Origin: Lama guanicoe
Taxonomy: Eukaryota
NCBI GenBank assembly: GCA_013239625.1
Contig: MU054187.1
Span: 11,615,231 to 11,662,216, forward strand
Direction of reading: 5' to 3'
DNA length: 46,986 nt
The translations under genes were made by a program, and so were the position numbers. Shown piece after piece: positions 39,423-46,986 of this stretch. The notes below the pieces were generated by a model. That model had not been told where the DNA came from. It saw only the letters and a list, made by a program, of their open reading frames with translations, and did not search any database. Positions within the stretch are counted from its first letter, which is position 1. The number at the start of each line of letters is the position of its first letter.

Positions 39423-39545
39423 TGTGTGTGTGTCCCTGTGCATGTGTGTATGTTCCTGTATGTGTGTACATGTCCCTGTGTGTGCATGTGTGCCCTCCAT
39501 GTGCCTGCATGGGGGTGGGGAGTGGGGCTGGAGCCTGTGTGTATG
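39423..39545. repeat. Degenerate (TG)-rich tandem repeat (tgtgtgcatg/tgtccctgtg units)
   Basis: Read directly from the sequence. Confidence 0.7.
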
Positions 39546-41181
39546 ACTGAGTGACATCTCAGGCACGTGGACCTGGAGGGGTGTACGAGGCCATGATGCT
39601 GGGCTGCGAGGCTGTGACCTGACCAAGGCCACACAGCCCGTCTTGGGGCTCAGGGCCCCACCCTTGCTTCCAGGCCTGTCACCAATCAGCTGGGGTGTTC
39701 CCTGCCGTGACACAGGACTTGGAGTCCTGACCCTGAGGGCCCCACAACTTCGCTCAGGAGGGGTCTCTGGGGCAGGAGGAGGAGGCTGGGCTTGGCATGG
39801 GGAGGGGGAAGCAGGGAATCCAAGGGGGTGAGCACGGCTCTGGAGTTTGGGGGTGACCAGCAGCAGCGAGGTGAGGGGAGTAGGAAGGGCCTCCTCACCA
39901 GGACTGAGTTTGTCACCCCGGCCAGGGGAGCCGCTCTTCTGCACAAGGGCCAATTTAGAAAAATGTGGAAAACAAAGTTTCAGGCTCCATGGTAGGTAAG
40001 TCCCATTCCAGACGGAAATAGCAGGATGTGACCCCATAAAAAGTGGTGAGCATACGTGAGCCACTGCCCCGCCCAGAAAGAAATTCCCCCAAGAGCCAGA
40101 GCTCACCCCACACCCACCCAGGGGCCTGGGAGTCCTGGAGTGATGGCCCTGCTGGGGTCCCACTACCCAGGAAGATGGGGAGAAGGGCCGCTGGTCATAC
40201 AGTCGAGGATCAAGGAGGGGAAGAGACCTGCCCAGGTCACCCAGCACAGGAGGGTAGTCGGGTGGGATCCAGGGCTTCAGGCTTGTCACAGGCCCCCTTC
40301 TTAGGACAGGGGCATAGGCCTGCCTGGGAAAGAAGCATCGGGAAAGTGACTAACCCTGCAGACAGGGCCAAGTTGGCTGGCTGGCTGAGCCTCAGTTTCC
40401 CTTCTGTGGAACAGGGGATGGGACGGCGCCTGCTCACAGGGTCTCTGTGAAGCTAGAGATGGTGCTGCTGTGGTGCTGGGGAGAGCCCTCCTGGTCCTCC
40501 TTACCTGGGAAGTGGCCGGAGGGCCCTGGGCATGGCTCTTAGCCCCATCCTGAGGGCCGATGGTGCCTGTCTAGCTGGGCGGGCTGCTGGTCCCTGTGGC
40601 CCTGACAGTGGCAGCTACATGGCTTGGTGAAGGATGGGCCAACTCCCCTTCCCAGTCACCCTGACCTATCGTCCCCCACCACGAACCCTGGGCTGGCTCC
40701 CTCTTTCCTTCCTGCCTCCTCTTGTCTCTGCTTCCCCCTACCCGGTGTCCCTCTCTTGTCACCTCCTGTCCCTCTCTAGGACTTGACCCCCACCTTTCTC
40801 TCACTCACACGCTGTCTCTCCCTGCGTGTGTCTTTCTCTGCCTCTCCCCCCAGACCCTCAGGCCCTGAGCTCAGGTCTAGCCCTGTCCAGGGCCACAGGG
40901 CCACAGGGCCACATCTCTCCCAGCCCTCCCACCCTCACAGCGAAGTTCCAGCCCCAGCCCTGCTCACAGTGGAGGAGCCCGGTTACGGAGCTGCTCCTGC
41001 TGGCATTTACTGCTGCACCGCTGTTCCCCCCGCCTTCCCGGGCAGCACAGCAATCTCACCTTGACCTGTTTGTGGCCCAGCCTGGACCCCAGAGCTGCTG
41101 TAGGGCTGGCTGCCTCCCCCGCCTGGAAGGAGGGAGGGCCCCGCGGGCTCCAGGGACAGCTGGCGCAGAGTGGAGTGGACT

Positions 41182-41376
41182 CTTTTTATACCCAACACCT
41201 TCTCCCTGGCAGTGGTGGCGCCCCACCCTCTGACCCTGCCCCGCCCACCTCAGAGTCAGGAGGCTGTGGGAGAATGAAGGGCGCTCACGGGGCTCACTGA
41301 GAGCACTGCCGCCCTCAGCCCCCCTCAGGGTCTGCCTGGAGCCGGGGGCTGCTGGGCAGCTGACGCGGGGCGGGGG
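41182..41376 (-). promoter_or_regulatory. Candidate minus-strand TATA promoter
   Basis: TATAAAAAG at 41190-41182 (minus), CACCC box at 41221-41228, GC boxes at 41238-41246 and 41366-41376. A donor AAG|GTGAGA at 41059 lies about 100 nt downstream of the predicted TSS. Confidence 0.45.
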
Positions 41377-42381
41377 CACGGGCCTGGTCAGTGCAGGGCC
41401 TCTCGCTGGACGCCCATGGCCCCCCCTGCACCTCATCCGTTCCTCACCATGAGACACGGCCACTTCATTCTGGTCATCTAGCTCACGACCGGACACCCCT
41501 GTGACTGACAGGCCCCACATGCCCAGTGAGTGTTTACAGACTGAAGCAGCACAGCCATCACTAGATCTAGACACAGGCTGTACCCAACAACCAGGAGGAG
41601 CCCTGGGGCCCCTGTGGTCACTGCTGCCCTGAAGGGGTAACCTTTCATCTGCCCTGTCATCTTAGTTCCTGCTGGTTTGTGAGTTGTGTGCCCGTGAATC
41701 ACTGCGTGCCCTCAAGAGGGTGTGACCACTGATCCTCCAGGAAGCAGACACTGACACAGAGAGAACGGTGACAGATTCATTAGGGGTGACAACAGGAGAG
41801 ACCAGAGGGGGCAGCAGGATGGAGTAGGAAAACATTTGGGCCTTAATGCACCTCTGACATCTCTTAACACATCATTGCCACAGTTGAGAGGCCTCTTCAG
41901 GTGTCAAATAGACTGTGCTGTAAGGCAAAAAGAGTTATTTTAATAGGACCTTATTTTTTCCCGATTTTGTCTTCTCTACGTATGGCCTCTGACGGACACT
42001 GTAGTCTGTGTGTGCATGTCCGTGTCTATACAGAATGAAAATAATTACTTTCACATCTCAGACACAGATCTCAAAATGTGCACATTCTCATTGTTATATT
42101 TTCTTCTTTAACTAGTAGGACCTAAGATTTAATAGAAGAAAGGGATCTTTCACCTTATCTTTAAAGCAGAGAATGGTAAGCTCTGGGCCTGAGCTCTTAC
42201 ATCTTCAGTTTAAATTTAATGGACTTCCTGAGGTCTCTTTTGATGATACTGTGTGCAGACACTTTCTTTTAAACTATGAGAATGCTGAGTGAGAAATATG
42301 TCCCAGTCATTTTGCAAAACAATGTGTGTGCTTGACCCGACCCTCCTCACAATGACGTCAGGGACCAGCATTACCCCCGGC

Positions 42382-42440
42382 TCACAGACAACGCTGAGAC
42401 CCTGTGGGGGCCCCACTGAGTCTTGGTGTTAGGGGATGAA
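42382..42440 (-). CDS. Candidate terminal coding exon of the MIA3/TANGO1-like gene
   Basis: Acceptor ttctttgagttcttgcag|. Phase 1 matches the upstream exon. Reads (V)HPLTPRLSGAPTGSQRCL* with TGA at 42384-42382. ATTAAA at 42220-42215 (minus). Confidence 0.4.
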
Positions 42441-43484
42441 CTGCAAGAACTCAAAGAATCAGGAATCGGATCTTGTGACATAAACGTAGAGATGCCAAGC
42501 TGACAGTGGGCATGGTGACAGGAGGGAGCAGGGGTGTGAGGACAGGGGTCCTACAGGGGGTTTCCTGATCACCCCTGACTTCCCCCAAAGAACCTGCCTC
42601 ATGCTGAAGGGCAAGGCACCTGCTCAGCTGATCTAAATCCTGCCTGCACTTTTCAAATCACTGGGACAAAAGAAAACTTCAGCCACACAAAACATCCTGA
42701 AAAAAACAAGCTAAATTTCAGTTTCTCTGATATCCAGAGATTTCATCCAGACCCAGAACTTTCAGAAACCCAAGAGAACAATCATCTTTATATGAGGTTG
42801 TGAACTGAGGCTTTCTGGAGGCACTGGGTTCTGAAGGGGATACGTGCATGGCTGCACTGAGTCCCCTGCACACACACGTGGCTCTGAGTGGACCTCACGC
42901 TGCATTCACACGGCCCGCCTGAACTGCCCGCCCTGCCGGGAGTGACGTTCCAGCTCCATCTGAGTGAACCCAACAAACGCCCACTGGGCAGCCCCTCAAT
43001 TTCTTTCTTCCCCTCCACACCCTCCTATTCACTCCTGGTGGCTCACGTGTCCCTCTTCTGCACTCTGAGGCCCTGCACGGGCACATCTGCTATGGTGACA
43101 AGCTGTCTGTTGTGAATGTCTCTCTCCCTCACCCGCTCCCTCCCTCACCCCTCGAGGCAACCCCATGAGCCCCTGAAGTTAGGGGTGTGCTTCACCCCTC
43201 ACAGAGCACATCACATGGTCCATGCAAGAGGCACATCTGCCAAACTGGGACTTCAAATTCATTTGATATTCTGTCAAAAGTCTCTTTTGTTCTATACAAG
43301 AGACACCTGTTTCCCAGGTCAGGACAGGGAAATGACACAGTCCATCAGATGTGTGTGCTGGGAAGCTAGACAGATGTCACAATGTCCCAAGTCAGATTTC
43401 CTCAGGCATCGCAAGGCCCTGGAGTGCCATCTCCCCTTCTGCAAAGACTCGAAAAGGGAGCAGAAGCACATGCTTTCATCTTAC

Positions 43485-43647
43485 CGAGCGAAGTAACTTG
43501 TGCCGGTGACTGAGCCCACAGAGGCCACAACGGAGGTGGGGGTGGCGGTGATGAATAGCATCTGAGAATTGGTGATGGGTGTCCCAGGGGGCAAGGTACA
43601 CCAGGTGGTCCTGGACAAGCACCGGGACGTCTGGAATTCACTGTGAC
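43485..43647 (-). CDS. Proline-rich coding exon, MIA3/TANGO1-like paralogue
   Basis: Strong acceptor ctctctcttctgttctgcag| and donor G|GTAAGA. 163 nt, phase 0 to 1, open: VTVNSRRPGACPGPPGVPCPLGHPSPILRCYSSPPPPPPLWPLWAQSPAQVTSL. Gapless 12/35 identity to recalled human MIA3 [35 protein letters not shown], starting at the exon boundary. Confidence 0.5.
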
Positions 43648-45343
43648 CTGCAGAACAGAAGAGAGAGCTGTGTTGGATGACAGACAAAAGGAAAAACACC
43701 TACAGAACCTGAAACCCAATGCAGCAGCTGTCAGCACCGGGCACCCTCCCCTCCACCGGGTGCCCAGACAGTAGCACAGGGCCACACACTCGACCTTGGG
43801 GATAAAACACTGTTGCCACACGATACCGCTGGTGTCTGTAAGTGGAGGAAGGTGAGAGTCCTGCGTCTGAGACGATGTACAGAGGTTCCAGCAAATTGAT
43901 AAAGTAGGACCTCCCAAACAGGAAGCCTCTCTGTGCAGGACAACCCACACTGATAACTTCCCCAGCTCCACAGAAGCATGGTCAGCATGAACCAGAAACA
44001 CAGAGAAAGAAAGGAAGTGAAGGCCTGGTTTTCCACACACAGAATCAGAGCCGCACCTGGATACTTGCTCTGTCTGCAGCACCCTGCCAGACCCTCTCTA
44101 CTCCCTGCTCACAAAGGGCCCTCCTCCGCACCGCAGGAGCTACCCCTGGGCGCAATGAGCTCTGAGGAGCTGGGCGTCCCGGAGTCCTGTGGGGGAGCTG
44201 GCAAAGTGCTTCTGAGGGAACAAGGCTGTCCTCAGAAGGGAGTCAGGCTCTGCTAAAATCATCCTCATTCTCAGGGATGTCTGGATTTTAAGTTCGCTAG
44301 GAAAAGCACACTATGTTTGTCCTATGGGAAAGGGAAGGGGGAAGTCTCAATCCTGCAAATAACACCAACGGGATTTTAGCTGATGTGGAAAATCCAACAG
44401 TGTGTGGTGAGACAGAGAAGCAGCTCTGACAGCTTCCAGGGCAGAACCGACCCAGCGCGGGATGGAGGACATGATGCCAGGACTGTGGTACAAATTGGTC
44501 CTGCAGGGAAGTAGGCATTTTCACTGCGGGCTCTTTCCCTTCCAGCCTCTATTCCCTACTACAAATGCACCATCTCTGAGAGTCAGGCTTTTCTGCCCAA
44601 GAATACAACTGTACGCAGCGGGGAAAGCACCTTTACCTCCCCAGAAGAGACAGTGATGGGCTGTGACATTTACCACACCCAGGAAGACTCAAAGTTGCAC
44701 AAAGCACACAGTGTAAGGCTAGAGGAGTGGCTTTGCTCAGTTTTCAGTTACGAGGCATTGAATGGGCTTTCTACAAAGGAGAATTCCCAGCTTGAGCCAA
44801 GAAACCATTCAAAGAATGACAACAGGAACCGGTCTCAGTGACCCAGGAGCAATCCGAAGTGAAGGAGGTAAAAAGGAGTTAGCCGAGCCAGGAGGAGTCA
44901 GTATGGAGCAAGGGCTCACCATTCTTATGCTATTTTAATAAACACACAGTCAAATCCTGAGGTCCTCAGCCCTCATGCACTCCCTCGCTGATGGCTTCTG
45001 AAAGCAACACTCAAGGTGACTGGCTGAGAGGAAAGCCAATGGACCCTGCACAAGAGTTTGACTTTGAAAACAAAACGACATGCCAGACCTGAAACAAAAT
45101 ACACAGCCTGCAGATGAGGCCAGAGAGGATGCTGCGAAAACAAAAAGAATACATATCCCAGAAAGACTTAAACCGAACACGATCTCCCAATTTATATGGG
45201 CCTCCGGGGCCGCCGCAGGTGGCCAGGCGCTGCCGGGCCACACCGGAGCCGCGCCAGGTCCCGCGTGGGCTGAAAACCACAGAAAAGGATGGAGCATTAG
45301 GCTTTCCTGTGAAGACACTGCTGAAGCGAAACAAAACCTTTGC

Positions 45344-45344
45344 G

Positions 45345-45386
<42 letters not shown>
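45344..45386. repeat. (GCCT)n tetranucleotide repeat
   Basis: Read directly from the sequence. Confidence 0.95.
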
Positions 45387-45387
<1 letters not shown>

Positions 45388-45562
45388 TCCCCGCATCACA
45401 CTCGTTTCTTGGAGGAACTGGATACTGTCCCCAGGAACTCCTGCATGCTAAGCCTGCATTCTGTCTACTGCTGAGCTACATATACCCTCCCCCCACCCCC
45501 CAGAGCACACTAGCTTCTAGGCACAGAGGAACAAGGAATGCCATCCACGTTCACTAACTTAC

Positions 45563-45695
45563 CCGGTGTATAATAAGCTCCGTGTGCTCCAGCAGAAGAG
45601 GTCGGCGTGGTATGATCTCTTAGCTCCCATGGAGCCGTTTCTACAGTCCCAGTAGCGTCTTCCGGTTTGTTATGTTCGGGCTCAGTCGCCCCTTC
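45563..45695 (-). CDS. Candidate internal coding exon (minus-strand gene)
   Basis: Acceptor ttttatcttgttttgtgttcctag| and donor G|GTAAGT. 133 nt, phase 0 to 1, open: EGATEPEHNKPEDATGTVETAPWELRDHTTPTSSAGAHGAYYTP. Confidence 0.5.
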
Positions 45696-45758
45696 CTAGG
45701 AACACAAAACAAGATAAAACAAGAACCAAACTTCAGAAACCATCATGTTCATACGCTT

Positions 45759-45782
45759 GGTCGGTCGGTCGGTCGGTCGGTC
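45759..45782. repeat. (GGTC)6 CpG-containing microsatellite
   Basis: Read directly from the sequence. Confidence 0.95.
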
Positions 45783-46571
45783 AGGTAGACAACAGTTATT
45801 TACCGTAGCTATCAGAACATAAGCCCTATCCTGGGAGAAGCTGGCGGTACAAATAAAAGGCAGATTCTCCTCTCTGTTCTGCCAGAGGCACAGGATCCAC
45901 GAAAACAAGTCAGCACAGAAAAGTGTCAACAGCTCTACAACTGAGGTGAACGGGTACAGTAACGCCACAAAGGACAGGAGAGTCCGCGGCACGTGGATAG
46001 CTCAGGGAATGCTGGGAAGACCGCACTGTTTCGTAAAAGAGAGATCCAGTGCAGAGGGGGGATGTGGAGGGGCTCTGGGGAAGGGCAGCCTGAGTAAAAG
46101 GAGCAGGTGGGAAACAGCGTAAGGCATTAAGGAAACTAGAACACTGTTACTGGCGGTGGAATGGGAAGACAAAACATGCTGCCTTCAAAATGAACCACCA
46201 CTGAATTAATTTCAAGTGAGGACGGCTAAAACAAGAACCAACTCCAAGATACACCTAACTTTCCCAGGGATGAATTTCTTTTCAATACCCTCTAATAAAC
46301 TGTAACGGAAAGACCCTGAAAAAAAGAATTCACATACAGAGACACTGGTTTCACTAGGTGAGTCTGGAAAATTAACACAAGTGCACTATCCAGTCCTACG
46401 GCATTAAGCACAGAATCACATCCTAAACTGTAAGTTAAAAATGTAAGTCAAAAATTCTCATCAGCAGATGCAAACGTGAAAATGCACACTCACACCAACC
46501 CCCGGCTTATGTTTCAGAATCCCCTGATACTTACACAGTCACACAAGGACATTAACAACAAGAGACAGTAC

Positions 46572-46630
46572 CTCCTCAGAGGAAGACTCTCCTCCTTCTT
46601 CTTCTGCAAAGTGGCTCACTGACATACCAC
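46572..46630 (-). CDS. Candidate internal coding exon (minus-strand gene)
   Basis: Acceptor ctacattttacag| and donor GAG|GTACTG. 59 nt; the only open frame is phase 1 to 0: xGMSVSHFAEEEGGESSSEE, compatible with the exon at 45695-45563. An alternative donor GTAAGT at 46534 would include a stop. Confidence 0.4.
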
Positions 46631-46986
46631 CTGTAAAATGTAGTTACAGGTACATTAACGAGAATATTCACGAATGCAAATCACAACCACCACGTGCATC
46701 TATCTCCGTCCGTGGATATGTCAAAACAAAAGTGGCAGAAAAGAATTTCAAAGAGTTAAGAGCATTTTTCTGGGGGGAAAAAAAAAAACCCAAAAAACCC
46801 CAAAAGCTTAAGTCACGGTTGGGATAGATTTCAAACCAAGCAGTAAGAGGAAAACACATCGGCATAGATAAAATACAAAAAAACTCTTTCACCGTTCACT
46901 ACCTTACAAAACATGTTACTTTGCTGAAGCGCGGAAGACCTTTGAGGCTTTCTTCCCCGTATCACACTAAGTCTCACATCACATCA

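Noticed and set aside
39360..40289. Longest ORF in the track (309 aa, minus strand)
   Set aside because: GC-rich low-complexity frame that runs through a TG repeat and has no recognisable domain. Such frames are expected by chance in stop-poor DNA.
44110..44186. Possible exon DSGTPSSSELIAPRGSSCGAEEG, faintly like the MIA3 RGSS exon
   Set aside because: Splice phases do not fit the neighbouring exons and the phase-1 frame hits a stop. Similarity is too weak.
44950..45557. Overlapping ORFs of 107-149 aa
   Set aside because: Extended by the (GCCT)n repeat and a GC patch; no recognisable homology.

Overview
Mammalian genomic DNA, most likely a camelid (inferred from the tRNA-derived SINE and L1 3'-end types). 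No complete, intact, recognisable gene lies in the window. Bases 1-25 kb are AT-rich intergenic DNA made mostly of old LTR (MLT1), L1, L2, MIR and DNA-transposon remnants, plus a few younger SINE/L1 insertions with target-site duplications (TSDs). Three gene-derived relics follow. (1) An intron-containing ANKRD26-family pseudogene fragment (25.8-28.7 kb), whose large exon is split by an antisense polyadenylated retro-insert. (2) A full-length but heavily disabled genomic copy of ZBED5/Buster1, a domesticated hAT transposase. It keeps a decaying CpG-island promoter and candidate 5'UTR exons (32.2-37.5 kb), and its middle shows a strong excess of A/T-to-G/C substitutions. (3) After a shift to GC-rich DNA at about 38 kb, minus-strand exons including one that aligns without gaps to a proline-rich MIA3/TANGO1 exon, and a separate TATA/GC-box promoter with candidate spliced exons. 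All homology calls rest on recalled human protein and repeat consensus sequences, not on database searches. Repeat boundaries are approximate.
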